Assembly (NCBI GenBank): GCA_964019335.1
Contig: OZ025761.1
Coordinates: 1-64,000, forward strand
Direction of reading: 5' to 3'
DNA: 64,000 nt
From: Diplonema japonicum
Lineage: Eukaryota; Protista; Euglenozoa: Diplonemea
A program made the translations under genes and the position numbers. Within the stretch, counting starts at the first letter, position 1; the number at the start of each line of letters is the position of its first letter. The notes under the pieces were generated by a model. The model was not told the origin of the DNA. It saw nothing but the letters and a program-made list of their open reading frames with translations, and searched no databases. Positions 33,658 to 46,669 of this stretch are shown one piece after another.

Positions 33658-34890
33658 TTAGTAGAAACCACCGACAGGCATTATGGGGAATACGTGGGAT
33701 TCTTCCTCGCAATGGGCTTCGATAAAGGTTGTAAGTTGCTTGTTGAAATATTGCATGAGGCTGTCAGACACACCAGGGAGGCAGTCCATGACAGGCAGGG
33801 CGTAGACCCACCTGCTCACCGCATAGAACACAAAATCAGACCAACAGGCATCATAGGAGTAACCTGTAAGATCTGCACCACTCTCCCGAAGCGTGGTGTA
33901 GTACACCCTGACAAGATCAGGAAGGCTGGAGGCATGACGATCGAGGTCTACATCTGAGAGGAAGAACTGCGAGAGATCCCTTAGGGGGTTCCACGCCGAA
34001 ACATTGCACCAGTCGCACACTCGCAGCTCTCCATCACGAGACATAAACATGTTGGAGGCATGCCAGTCCCCATGGCACAGTGTGTATGGACCTTTGTTCA
34101 CCTTTTCCACAACATGTGAAAAAACAGAAGCTGACAGTGAAGCCTGCATCACTTTCAAAACCCGTTCGGAGTACTTAACACTCTTCCTTCTTTGTCGCCA
34201 CATCGCCTTTGCCTTTTCAACAGACATTTCCCACCACACTCTGCCCCTTCCTTGGATGTTATCCACGCCTTTCAGCCACTCACATTTCAGGAGATCCTTG
34301 TCGTTCCAGTGCTTCGCATGGAACCTCCCAGCCGCCATGCACACACCACGCAGCACCTCCGCTTCACTTTGGTATGCAGTGCGGTTAAACCCCTCGGGGA
34401 GGCCCCATATCTTGTTCCCTAGGAGGAGGTCCACCCCTACATAGTTATGAGACATGTTCTTCATGAGGATGCTGTACTTCCCCGTCAATCTGTTGGAGTA
34501 AGCGTGGTGGGACGGTACCGCAATGTCCTTGCAGGTTGTCCGTGCGAAGGTGTTGTAGAACACCGCCTCCCTGTATCCGCTTAATCGGATAGAGAAGGCC
34601 TTCCCCTCCGCACCCCCTGATGTTTTTAATACCAGGTCCTCGTCCCGCTCACCCACCTCGTTACCGCACACAAGGCTCAGTTTGTATATAGTTCCTACAT
34701 ATCCGCCTCCGCCAAGAGGTTGTATTTCCACATTGATCACTCTTTCCTCCGGGCTTAGAACATTCGACTCCCTTAGAATCTTTGTTAGTTGTGAAGCGGG
34801 ATAATCTGCTTCGTCTGTGCTTGACAGCAGGTCACCTATCCAGCCAGCAACCTGAGTATACGTGTTCACCACAGAGCCTAGGAGGGACAT
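33658..34890 (-). CDS. Aminoglycoside/choline/ecdysteroid kinase-like phosphotransferase
   Basis: LVLK, REAVFY, Brenner-type LCHGDWHASN, VCDW and DL..F motifs. Confidence 0.85.
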   Translation of the reverse strand: MSLLGSVVNTYTQVAGWIGDLLSSTDEADYPASQLTKILRESNVLSPEERVINVEIQPLGGGGYVGTIYKLSLVCGNEVGERDEDLVLKTSGGAEGKAFSIRLSGYREAVFYNTFARTTCKDIAVPSHHAYSNRLTGKYSILMKNMSHNYVGVDLLLGNKIWGLPEGFNRTAYQSEAEVLRGVCMAAGRFHAKHWNDKDLLKCEWLKGVDNIQGRGRVWWEMSVEKAKAMWRQRRKSVKYSERVLKVMQASLSASVFSHVVEKVNKGPYTLCHGDWHASNMFMSRDGELRVCDWCNVSAWNPLRDLSQFFLSDVDLDRHASSLPDLVRVYYTTLRESGADLTGYSYDACWSDFVFYAVSRWVYALPVMDCLPGVSDSLMQYFNKQLTTFIEAHCEEESHVFPIMPVGGFY

Positions 34891-36069
34891 TTATACCTGT
34901 GGAACTTAAATGAGGGGATAATATGTCTCGAGGAATCTTTTACTTTTTTTTAGCATGGGACTGCTGCTAGAAACGGACCCACTGAGAAAGAAAGGGAGGA
35001 AGAAGAAGAAAAAAAAAGAAACTAGTTTTTGGTGTGCAGGGGGGGGGGGGGGGGGGGGGGGTGCTCAAAGAAAATGTCTTCGTTGATCGCACAGATCAAG
35101 AAAGGCACAGGGATAAGGGTTAAAAAAAAGGTGTTTTTGTTTTTTTTTGGGGGGGTGTTGATCAATTTCCTCCTTTGGCTTTTTCTCAGGGGGGTGAGGA
35201 GAAAGGGGGAGAACACTTAGAGTCATGGCCGAAACTCAAGAGGAGGGGTAAGGGCTCACCCTAAAGCCTAACAACGCCAATTTTCTTTTTTTTTTTTTAA
35301 ATTTCCACTTCTTTTTCGACCAAGTAGGTGGGTTGGAAGTGTCTGGGAGCTGGGGAAAGCGGGGGGAACATTGATGTCAGCTCAAAAGGCTGAAACTCGG
35401 GAGGAAGGTAGCGCGAATGGCGACTCGAGAGGAAAGGAAGTGTGAGCGGCTCACCCTAAAGCCTAACAACGACAAAGGGAGCGCCACTCGTGAAACTTTT
35501 AAACTATGATGGGGGGGGGGGGGGGGGTCATCGCCAGGGTGCATTTCGCCCTGGCTGAGAGAAAACTCGTTTCTTGCAAAGAGGAAAAAAAAAGAGCCAA
35601 CAAGGGGGGGGGGGGGGGGGGGGGGGACAATAATAATAATCATTCGTCTTAACGCAGGAAAAGGGCAGTCAAGCCTTTTTTTTTTTTTTTTTTTTTTCCC
35701 TGTTTTTTGATCAATTCTAAAATTTCTGAAATTGTGGCGATGACGGATGGTTATCTGGGTGACTGAAATGTAGTTGAAAGGGAGAAACATTACATGAACA
35801 AAAAAAGAGAGAGAAGAAAAAAAAGAATTAACAATAAATAAACTATTCTGCTAACTGAATCGTCCAATACTACCTATAGGCGCTCTTGCAACGACCACCA
35901 CAGCTATCGCCAACGTGCCAAAAAATGGGCTAAACTCGCACAACCAAGGGAGCTAAACGTTTCAGACATGGCGTGCCACACCCATAAAAAAAAAAGAGAC
36001 ATTTGCGCCTCACACTATCTCTTGATCGGTCCGAAAAAGAAATTGAAAACCAGATAATTTAACAATGAG

Positions 36070-36147
36070 GAAAGTAACTCGCTTGAGGGGAGGTGTCGTC
36101 ACCCACCTTAGACCTGGGTCCGGAGACCAAAAGTCTTGCTGCACCCT
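36070..36147. repeat. Dispersed repeat C, diverged copy
   Basis: actcgctt.aggggaggtgtcgt..c.cacct.agac...gtcttgct. Confidence 0.65.
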
Positions 36148-36230
36148 AAGATAAAGAAAAAGATGTGGGGACGGAGGGAAAAGCGGGGGGGGGGGGGGGG
36201 GGGGGCGAGATAAAAAAAAAGCCAGTCAAG

Positions 36231-36287
36231 GTGCTACCGGTGATGACCAAGGAGGCCAACAGCGAACAACACATCTGATGTACTTCT
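36231..36287 (-). mobile_element. Fragment of the ribozyme-headed retroposon (degenerate core)
   Basis: gctaccggtgatgacc..ggagg.caacagcgaacaacacatctgatgtactt matches 61443-61498. Confidence 0.75.
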
Positions 36288-36335
36288 CAAAAAAAAAAAA
36301 AAGAAAAAAAAACATTTATTTTCTCTCAAATTCTT

Positions 36336-36415
36336 TCAAATGATGCTGCTCTTCATCTTGGTGTAGATAATGACCTTCGAAAGACCGCTTGACTTGTAAA
36401 TAGCCGGGTTAACCA

Positions 36416-36468
<53 letters not shown>

Positions 36469-39400
36469 ATTGTTACAAATATTTATCTTTCAAAAAAATG
36501 ATTTTATAACTATATGCAACTTGTGCCGTGCAAAAAGATTTTCGCAGCTTTTTTGCTTGTGCGAACAACAAGACATATAGTCATAAAGAACTACTGTAAA
36601 GTGAAAAACACCCGGACGGACAAATTTACGGGTCTTCTTCGCGTCTGGGAGTTTGTCCGTCTGGACATTCGTCCGTCCGGGATCCTTCTTGAGGTCCTCT
36701 GGAGGCCCAACCCTGGCTGGGCTGACTTGCGTGAACCCACCGCGGCGTCACTGGATTTCAGAGTTTATTTTTTCTCAGCTATTCACTGGATACCCGTGCA
36801 GCAAGGGGGGGAGGGGGACTATGTGCCCTTCCTCGCGGTCACGCTATCGTTCATGATCAAAAGGGCTGGTTCAGCAGGTGAAAAACCATGGGTCTTGGTG
36901 GTGCTTTCGAAAGGGGGGAACACATCGTCCACCCAGATCTCGAGCGTTTCTTGGTTTGCCCGGTGATTGCTCGATGCTGTCAGGCTCCAGGTGGTGGGGG
37001 GTCTTGACCCGAGGCACGGAGCCCCTTCCCCTTTCAGGCTGAGTCTGGCCTTTGTAACTCCCGGACTGACAAACGTCCGGGTTTTTTTGGCTTCCGGGAG
37101 TTCGTCCGTCCGGACATTTTTCCTTCCGGACATTTCACTCTTCTTCACTCACTAGGGGCCTAGTTAAATTATAAGATTTTGGTGTTAAATTATGGGGCTT
37201 CAGAGTGAAAAAATAGGTCTTGTCGTAGAAAAAAAATGTACCCATAATCCCCAAAAAAAAGCTGACCTGTGTGGAAAAAAAAAAACAGCAGTGCAAGCAG
37301 TGAAGAGACTCAAATGACGAAGAGTGAATAAAACGACTTACTTGGCGCCAAATGAGCCATTATTTAACACTCGTTACCGTTTTTTTTTTCTTTTTTCATC
37401 CCTCCCACGTACCTGCGCAATCTTCGGATTATTCATCGCATTAGTAATATGAATAATGGTGTACCTGTCGGCAAGGCTTGTTGCCGTGTCGTACTCTTTC
37501 CAGCTGAGTTCAAAATAGTCCGCCTTGTGCTTCGTTGTCTTCACCTCGAAGACCTTGAAGTCAGGGTGCTTTGCCAGCACCTGCCCATAAGTGTGGTGCT
37601 TGCCGACAGCCGTGAATTCTTCCTCTGTGATCCCGCTCGCAATGTCGAAAGGCGCGAAGCTCTCACCCTGACTGTTCGTGGAATAGAACACCTCTGCAGG
37701 GTATTTCTCTCTGAGGTACGCTAGTGCAGTGTCTTCACCCCACTTCCCCAGCGCCTGCTCCCTTATGGCTGTGTGCACCTGGTGCGCTGACCTCCGCCCC
37801 ACGAGAGGCGGGGCCCGATGGTATAAATGCTCTATCGAGCTTCTCGCTGCCTAACATCGGGAGGGGTTTCTGTTCGTCATCGTCTCTGCTGCTCACTTCG
37901 TCGCTTCCTCCCTCTTCGTATTCCCTTACGCTGTCCTGTGCCTCCTCTGTCACTCCTATTCTGTAATATCCCAGCCCGCTTGTGCCTGACTTGAATTCGA
38001 AGCCCTCCTTGTCGCCCAAGTACCTTTGCGTCTCAACAAAGTGTGTACTATCAGGAACCTGGTATGATGGCCAGTTCTGCTTGTTCAGAATTGCCCTCTC
38101 CATTGCTTCCTTGTTTGGTACAATGCCTGTGTTGTGTCCTACCCTGCCGCCGCCGAATGTCGGTACCGCCATGCTCGGGTCGGCTGACTCCCTAACACGT
38201 TTCTCCTTCTCCTCTTCAGCTGCTGTTGGTTCTGCGATGTCCTCGTTCTTCTTTATCTTGCGCTGTTCCTCCCTTTCCTGGAAGAGGTTCCTTACGGCTG
38301 TCGGGACCTCATCCTCACAAAGCAACTCGGTGTCCTCTAACTCCTCGTTCACCCCGCGCAGCACTTTGTTCCCTTCCAGCAGCGCCACAGGAAGCTTCGT
38401 TGGCAGTGCGAGTTTCAGGCCGTTGTCCAAGGCATTCTTCAAAGCCGTCTCGTCGATATTGCCCAGCTCCCTCGCGAAGCCGATCGTTATATCCTTCAGG
38501 TCGTCGGCGGAGTCGGGCATCGCGTAGAGAGCCTCGCGCGTGTTCTCCTGCAGCAGGGACATCCTCGTCTCTGTGAAGAACACGACCCCCTTCTCCTTGT
38601 ACTTCACCTCCACCCCGGAGGTCATGGGGGACAGGGTGTACGCACCGAGAAGATCTTTGTTCGTGGCAGCTTCTGCGATCTTCGCCGCCACCACCCGAAC
38701 ACTTCGTTCTTCGTCCTGCCCTGTTCAAGCTTCTCCACGTCCTGCACGGTCATCGTGAAGTCGCAAGCGCTTCTCGCCTCGTACCACCCGTCGGCTACTC
38801 CACCTTCTTGCTTTTCGAGGGCGCTCAGCAGGGTGACGACCTCAGAAAACCTCCCTGTAGAGGGTATTTGCGCCAGGTTCCCCTTTAAGGCTCCTACGCT
38901 CTTCGCAACCACGTCGGGGACCCCATGGCTGCCTCCTCGCTGATGAGCGCAACGATAGTCTTCAGCATGGCGGTGAGGATCTGAGTGGGGGTGTTCTTCA
39001 CCACCACGAAGAGAGTGTTCTCGATCTCGTCAAGGTGCACAGCGTTGCTAGTATTGCTGTCCGTCCTGCTTTCCGTGCTCACCGACCCCTTCGACCTCGT
39101 ACTTCACGGTCAACGACCCGACAAGCTTGCACCTCAGGTTTCTGTCTTCGAAGGCTGAGGTTTGGCTGAGTTTCTCGAAGGCGGCCGCTTCCATGTGTTC
39201 CTTGCACAGCAGGTACGCCTTCTCGCACATTACCCTCCATGCGTAGGTGTAGTACACGTAAGCCGAAGGCGAGAAAGGCACCTCTTCAGAACGTGTCTTT
39301 TTCTTCAACACGGTGGAGAGCCTCTGCATCCCGCACCTCTCCATGAACTTCTCGGACAGGTGGATTCTCCCCGACAGCATGTGGTACCCGTCGGGAAGCC

Positions 39401-42400
39401 TATCGGTGCTGATGTGCATGTCGTCGTAGAGGAGCGTCCCCCCGCCCGAGCTGGCGTGCTCAAAATCTTGCGTCCACCAGATTTTGCTTGTCTTGAGGGC
39501 CCGCCATCCCTCTTCAGTGATTTCATCTTGCAAGCTGTCAAAGTCCTGCAGGAGTTTCAGCACGTCGTCATTGCTGACGGGGATGTTGTCCCGTGCGATG
39601 CTCTCGAGACCCTCCACCTGCACTTCCCATGGAGCGTACTCCGTCACCCCTATCTGGCCCAACTGGTGCCCGCACCTCTTGTACACGAACCCAACGTACC
39701 TGTACTTTGTCTTCGCGCAGTCAAAGAATCCCCCCTGCCCTGCCTTAACATAACACGTCTCAGGCGGGAACCACGCTCCTTTCACTACCTCCAAGTCCAT
39801 CCCTTTGTACGGCTTCCTCTCCAGAGGCATCCAGATGTACTTCACCCTTCCCCCCAAGCGCTCCACGATGCCCCTCATCTGCTTGATGCACGCCGTGAAC
39901 TCTTGCTGCTCGTACCATGACTCTAGGTGCTCCACCAGCGTCTCGTCGCTCACAGCATCCATCACCCCGAGCTGTAGCAGCAGCGATTCGAACACCAGTG
40001 TCTGTTCTGCGTTTTGCGTCGGTATGGCGGGTGCATAATAGTTGGCGTGCCTCCCCAAGAAGTTAAATGTGTTCGTGTTATACTGGTACGTTGTACGCGG
40101 TGTGTGGAGACTACCGTCTGTTGCGAGAACCCACTTGGTGCGCATCAGCATCAGCGCCAGGGAGGTGGGGACACGATCCGCGTGGACCCTCCTGTCTTTC
40201 TCAGATGCAAGCTTTCCCTCGAAACCCTTCAGCTTTGACCAGTCAGGTACGTAGCTCAAGGGGGTGGTGAGCTGTGACTTCCATTCAGTCTCGCCCAAGC
40301 ACAACAGCTGCGCCAAGGTCGACCAGCACCTCAGGACATTCTGGTTCTTAATGTCGGCGAAGCCCTGTACCACGCGCTCGACCCCTGGCCAGGTGCAGTC
40401 CTTCTTCAACCTGTACTTTCCATCTCCCGAGTTGGGCAACTCGACACCTAGTTCCCGTGCGTGCTGTGCCCATTCGCTGTCTGCACCCACCGCCACATCT
40501 GTGCTGTAGTACGCTCCCACGATGTTGTCCCTCACCCCCATGATCCTGAGGGTGTTCTGCAGCTTCACCTTGTCGCGCGCTGTGGTGCTGTAGAGCTCGT
40601 GCACATGCATCCACTGCAAGCCAAACGTCGTCGTGGGGTTCATCGCTGCCGCCTCATGCAGCACAAGCTGCTCCGCCGCACTCACTAACAGGAACGCCTC
40701 TTGTGTCTGCGGGTCTCGCAGCTCTCTGCACCCCTCAGTGAGAGACGACGGTACATTCGCAGCACACGCTACGGGCATGGACGCCAGCAGGGAGCGGACG
40801 TCCTCGTCCGACTCAGTTTTACGCCCGAATCTGTCCGAGATCCACGTCACTGCAGATATGACGTGCATCGGAAGGAGCAACTCGTTCTCTTCCCAATTGT
40901 TAGCGATGTCGGTTGATATGCATTTTAGCACCTGCTCATCCTGCGTCGGCTTCACCCCAAGCTTTCCAAGCATTATCCTCAAGCCTACCGCATCCTTGCA
41001 CCCGTCGACGAATGTCTTGTCTACAATGTGTAGCATCTCCATGAAGGCTGCCGGCTGCGACACAGGAAGAAGGATCTTGTGCATCCCGGGTGCCAGCATC
41101 TTCCCCCCTGTCACAGGCACCATCGCCACCTTCCCAACGCGCTCCAGCAGACCTTGTTCCTGGCTCGACCCGGCGATGGAACGCAGAAGTGACCTCAGGC
41201 ACAACAGGTATTTCCCCACCCACTCAGAACTCAAGAATCGTATCCCTGCTTCTTCTTCTTCTTCTTCTTCTTCTTCTTCTTCGGCAAAGCCGGTCTCGTT
41301 GGTGAAGAGCTTCTCCAGCAGGGACACCAGCAACGAGGCGTCTACCTCTTTCACCCCGAGCAGTGCGGCTGTGGGTCTGTATGTGTTGCTGCTCTGGGCA
41401 TCCCCGACGTAGTGCGAGCCCTTAGCACGGAAAAGTGCCTCCGCCCCGAAAAGCTCAAGGATCTCCTCCTCCATGCCTTCGGGGAGCAGGACACACCTCT
41501 TCGGCTCAGCCCACTCGCCAGTTCGGGTCAGCATGATGTCCTTGTTGCGGAGTTCCTTGCACAACTGGTTTGACAGGCGGAACCAGTCCCCTCGAAGCAG
41601 CTCCCTGTCTGGGAGGACGGCAAGGAGGTATTCGGAGGGAAGCTCGTCACGTGTCGCCATGTCCCGCATGCCCTGCATCGCTGACAAGATGACTCCGAGA
41701 GCGGCCTCGCGAAGCCACTTGTTCCACTGGTCTGACTCGACGATCCTGTCACGCGCCGCGTTCACCGTCCAGTCGGCCTGCAGGACAAACTTGAAGACAC
41801 GTGCGTTCGTGGGAAGGAACGCTGTCACTGGGAACACCGGCATGTCGCAAGCAGTCTCGGACCTCAAGAAGGCGACCTGAATGCAGGTATCTTGTGACCC
41901 ACCTGGCGACTTCACCCCCTCAGGCACCGCCACGTTCTTCTTGTGCACCACGAATACTTTGTCTCTCCCTTGCCCCTCGTCGCCGACCGTCTCGAGTAGC
42001 TTCACGACCTTGGTGCTCGACGTGTTGCCTTCGTCGTCGTTGGCACTATCTTCCTCGGCAGCAGCCTCGTCGAGGCGTGACAGCGTTCTCGATACCCCGC
42101 GGATCTCGTTCAGCACCTCGACCCTCCGCAGCTTGTTCAAGAAGAGGAGGACTATGAGTTGCACATCGTTCGCGCCTGTCGTGCACTCCTCGTAGAAGTC
42201 CTCGTTCTGAAGGGACTCCTTGAACGGCAGGTGCAGCTGCGTCACCCATTCGCCTTCACAAAGCTTCTGCGTTTCCGGCTTGGGCTTTACGAGGCTACCG
42301 TTCGAGGGGTCACGCCAACTCCCCTCCTGAGGGAGGATCAGTCCGAGGTCGCAGCTCGTCCTGTCGAAGTAAAAGTTGTACCCGTTGGAAATGATGTGTG

Positions 42401-45400
42401 GCTCGTCAGACACGCTGAAGACGGCCTTGAAGCCGATCCCCTTGCGGCCGATGGATGCACTTTTACCAGCTTTCGTGCTGAGGTTCACGTTGCAGACTGC
42501 ACGTACGTTGTTCTCGACAAACCCGCACTCGTTGTTCAGCACCTCGATCCCTTCGGGCCTCAGGGTCAGCCTCAGCGAGGGAACCGTGTCCGGGAAGTAC
42601 GCGTTGTCGTCTGCGTTCTGAATCAGCTCGAAGAAGAAGTGGAACTTCGATTCATACAGCTGCTCAGAGATCACCGTCAGCGTCCTTTGCAGAATCTTCG
42701 TTACGTTGCTGTCCTCCCCCTCGCACAGGCCCGCACGGATGTTCGCGATCACTTCCTCCTCGCTGCTCATCTGGATATCCCCTCCTTCCTTCTCCTTTTC
42801 CTGTGCCGCTGCTGTACCGTTCGTGTTTTCCCTCACCACTGTGGTCTTCTCGGCGACGGCCTTCGGTACAGGCTTTGCAACCTCTACCACCTCCCTCACG
42901 ACGGCCGTCTTCTGAAACACTGGGTATTCGGTCACGGCCCTCCTCCCTGCCTCTATCCATGACTTGATGTTAAGCTTTACCGCCCTTTTCAAGAGCTCGC
43001 TGCGCATCGGGTGAGACGCAGCGTGCCCCGCACACTTTTCGTCCCACTTCGGGTCTATCTTCTCCAGCACAGGTATCACAGCTGTATCGAATACTGCCTT
43101 GACCACACCTGTTGGGATGGCCAGCAGCAGCTCTGCCACTGCCTTCGGGAGGTTGTAGGACGACACCGCAGCCTGAAGCGTCTCCCTGATAGGGTCCCAG
43201 ATGCTCTCCGTGTCGCTGCGATCGTCACTCTCTATGGCGTTCATGCCTTCCAACACGATGTAGCTCCACAGTTGAACACCAAGCCCCCAGTAGTCCCTCC
43301 TTGTGCAGGCAGACTCGATCGAGGAAAGGTCCGCCCCTCGTGCCACGGCGTAGAACTTCGTCTTTTTCGGGAGCCCTTCGGTGCACTCCAAGATCTTCAC
43401 ACCCTTCACGACGAGCCTCTCGCTGTTCTTCCCGATGAACTCCTCGAGGGGCCCGTGTGCCCGGCGTACAACTCGTCCCACAGCATTACCGACCTCAGGT
43501 CCTCACCACTGGGGTCTTCAGCGGCATCCAGTAGCAGCTCCAGCGGGTCCTCTTCAAAGACGCTGGCCATGGCCTGTGTCTCGGCTGCAGCTGCATCCGT
43601 CACAACACAGCTGCTGCCATCCTCACCAGCGACGTCAAGCTCGCAGTGCCCTGGGTAGTGCAGCACCTTGACCAGTGCACTGGTCTTTTCAAGGTGCTGC
43701 ACTTCAACGCCTTTAAGAACACATTCCTTGTTCCCGAGATTGAGGTCGTCGATCTTCCGCACACCGTAGTGTTCTTGAAGAAGACGCTCCGCCACCTCGC
43801 TGCTGTCTGTGACTGCCCCTGTCTTGGTGATAAACGCAGCGGCGAGCGTTATGTCAACCACCGGTGGTGCAGTGTTGCTGCTGTGCAGGAACTCGTAGCC
43901 CTTTTCAGTGAACACTCCTGAGTTCAATTTCATGAAGTGCGTGAACGGGTGGTTGCTTATGTCGCTCCACCTTTCGTACCCAAGCCCCTTTGGCGTCTCC
44001 ACCTCCAGGTAGTTGAGGATAGTCCATGTCCTGTGGAAGAGGGAACGCGCCGAGAGCAACGCCAGCATTTGGTCCACAATCTCCTTTGGGCTGGGTTTTG
44101 TGTCCTTCGACAGTTCGTTGCCGGCGCTTGAAAAAGCAAGCCCAGCTTCCTCCAGCTCCGTGGTGTTCTCCACGATAAAGTCGAGGAAGCTGCCGTGGCC
44201 CAGGCTATCGAACGACAGGACATTGAAGAAAGCACGTGAGTCTTCTTCGAGGCTGTGCAGGATCTGAGCCTCTCCTCCCTGCATGCTGCTGGTGATGCAG
44301 TTCTTCACAACGTTGAGCAGCTCGTCTTCCGAGACGGTACCTGTTTCGAGCTGGGCGGCGACCTTGTGTGTGCCGGTGCGCTCACGCAGAGTCTTGGTAC
44401 AGGCAGCGCAGCTGTCCATGGCGGTCTTGCACACGGGGCATTCCTTGTGGACTTCGACGAACTTCATGAGAGAGATGATGAGCGCGTCCATGACGTGAAC
44501 TTCCCTCTTCCGTTTTAAAAAGCCGACGTAGCTCATCATCTTGAAGTGGATATCTTTGATCGTGCCCTCGCAGCTCATCCACATTGTGAGCTTTTGAAGT
44601 AGGCACCTGTAGATATCCTGCCCGTTGCGCATAGTGCGCATGATCTCAGCATCGTACTCATCAATATCCTTCTGTGTGACGCCCATCTGCCTGGCACGGA
44701 GCTCTGTGCGCTGCTTCTTGAGATACTGTGTCGTTGCCTCCTTGACTTCGGCCTCGAACTGGCGTAAGCCAGGCGCTGCCAGGCTTATCATTCGTCCGAT
44801 GTTTCCGTCGTTTACGTAGACACACAGCTGCTTAATGGTCGCACCCAGTTTCTTTTCGAGACGGTCAGTGATCATTTGAGGAGTGAGCGGCTTACCTTTC
44901 CTGCTACGAAGGAGGATCACGAAAACCTCAAAGCCTCTCGTAGAATGTTACACGAGGGGGCATCTTGGAACCGGGGATGTCAGCCATCCCTGGGAAGTGA
45001 TGCTGAAGCTCCGGATGGGAGCGGAAGGGCCCCAAGCCGAGGTCGTCAAAGCATGTGATGGGTCCCGGGCTGAGCTCGAGGTCCACGGCCTGCCTTGTGA
45101 CGTACTCGAGACATTCATGAAGCGACCCAAAACTGAAATGGGATTTGTAGGTGTTGATGAGGAGCATGACATCAGCTTGCAATTTAGACAACTTAAGCAG
45201 CGGTGCTAACTTCCACGGAGCGTTGATGCCCAGATCCGTAAGCTCGACCACCTTGAAACGGACTATGAGAAGCGCGGTTACGGACCCCACATCCAAGCTC
45301 AGCACCCCGTTCTCCCTCTCTTTCTTTATGATCTCGGTGCATGTTTCTTCTACCTCCTGCTTCGTAAACCTACAGCCCCCGCCTTTACCTCCACCTTTAC

Positions 45401-45422
45401 CTCCTTTGCCCCTGTGCGACAT
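36336..45422 (-). CDS. NO VEIN/sacsin-like protein (GHKL-type ATPase + C-terminal DUF3883 PD-(D/E)XK-like domain); six apparent single-base frameshifts and one intron
   Basis: ELIQNADD, NNECGF, STK..IGRKGIGFKAVF and LQADW motifs; C-terminal GKWGE..PFDI..FEVKTT..FELSWKE. Seven adjacent ORFs join by +/-1 shifts; last exon 36336-36416. Confidence 0.8.
36417..37412 (-). other. Putative GT-AG intron (996 nt) in the NO VEIN-like gene
   Basis: Donor CAG|GTACGT and acceptor AAG|GTG. Splicing gives in-frame PKIAQ-VVNPAIYKSSGLSKVIIY, a plausible DUF3883 end. Confidence 0.7.
36600..37139. mobile_element. MITE-like element with subterminal CCGGACGGAC repeats, inside the intron
   Basis: agtgaa..ccggacggac at the left end, gtccgtccgg..ttcact at the right end, and several internal copies of the motif. 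Confidence 0.55.
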
Positions 45423-45542
45423 CGAGACTTCTCTTTCGTTTATTTGTTTGTTTTCGTTCCTTTTACAGTCCTGTGTTTTCGGGAAAAATGGTGAAAAAAT
45501 AACTTTCAGAGAAATAGATTGAATGAAAGAAGAAAAGAAATT

Positions 45543-45576
45543 CACTATGATAGAAACGAAGTGGTTAGCAACGGCC
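45543..45576. repeat. 38-nt motif, copy 2
   Basis: cactatgatagaaacgaagtggttagcaacggcc. Confidence 0.9.
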
Positions 45577-45620
45577 AACGGAAGAGAAAAAAAAAAAAAA
45601 AAAAAAAGAGAAACCGCAAT

Positions 45621-46395
45621 TTATGGAAACAAATCACGTGAATTATTTGTCGAAAACCGCCCGCTTGCAAGCACACGCAAGCAGCCCGACACCTGCAGTG
45701 TGCAGCTCGTCTGGTACACCCGGTCCGCTCCCTTACTCAGCAGCACGGCCGCGCTGTTGTCGTGGCTGCCGTTCTTGTTCATCCACAACACTGCTGCGAG
45801 CGCAGCGTTGAGAGCCTCCAGGTAACCTGCGGACAGCGACACCACCTGCTCGTTGTACTCCAACTCCGCCGCCACCTGCAGCAGTGTCTTGCCGTCCACA
45901 ACAGGCATTGCCGTTCTGAGCGGGTTGGCTACCCACCTTCCTTCGCGTACCACTTCAAAGCGTTGCTTCATCTCCAGCATTGGCTTGGCGCACGACGCAC
46001 CTTCGAAGAACTCCTCCACCCTCCACCCTCCACCCTCGGTCCATGTCGATCTCGCGCAGTACCGGCTCACCACTCCCTTTCTCGCTGGCACCTCCTCCAG
46101 CCACCTTGAAAGCCTTCACCGCATTCTGCAGCTCCTTACGCGCCTCCGACACCGGTGATGACACGCAGTCCGTCACACCACGCTCCTTGCTGTGCTTCAA
46201 TCACGCTGTCGCACAGTGCGTCGTGCCTCCCCAGCGCCGCCACCAGCTCCTTCTTCGTGTCGTGGCGGTGTCGGTGGTACCCCACTGTCCACGCAGCTGC
46301 TCCACCGCTTCTCACGCTGTCTTTACTCTCTCTCCTGCTGGAAGCGACGTCAGGGCCTTAGCAGCCTGCACACCAGATCCCGCTGTCGTTGTCAT
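45621..46395 (-). pseudogene. Disrupted gene with an ankyrin-like segment
   Basis: GC-rich coding-like DNA with DGKTLLQVAAE...AVLLSKGAD. In-frame stops and frameshifts upstream. Confidence 0.45.
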
Positions 46396-46614
46396 CGCAA
46401 AGCCTTCAGGGGGGATGCTGTGGATACAAATAAAAGACTCGTCTTTGCAAAAAAAAGAAGAAAATGGGGGGGGTGGTAGAAAGTAATATTCAAAGAAAAA
46501 AAAGAGGGGGAAATGTTAAAAAAAAGAGGAGGAGGATGTTAAAAAAAAGAAAAAAGAAACTTGAAGAGGATGGAGGTAACTGAGCGCCCCCGCCCCCAAG
46601 AATTTAGACACCGA

Positions 46615-46669
<55 letters not shown>

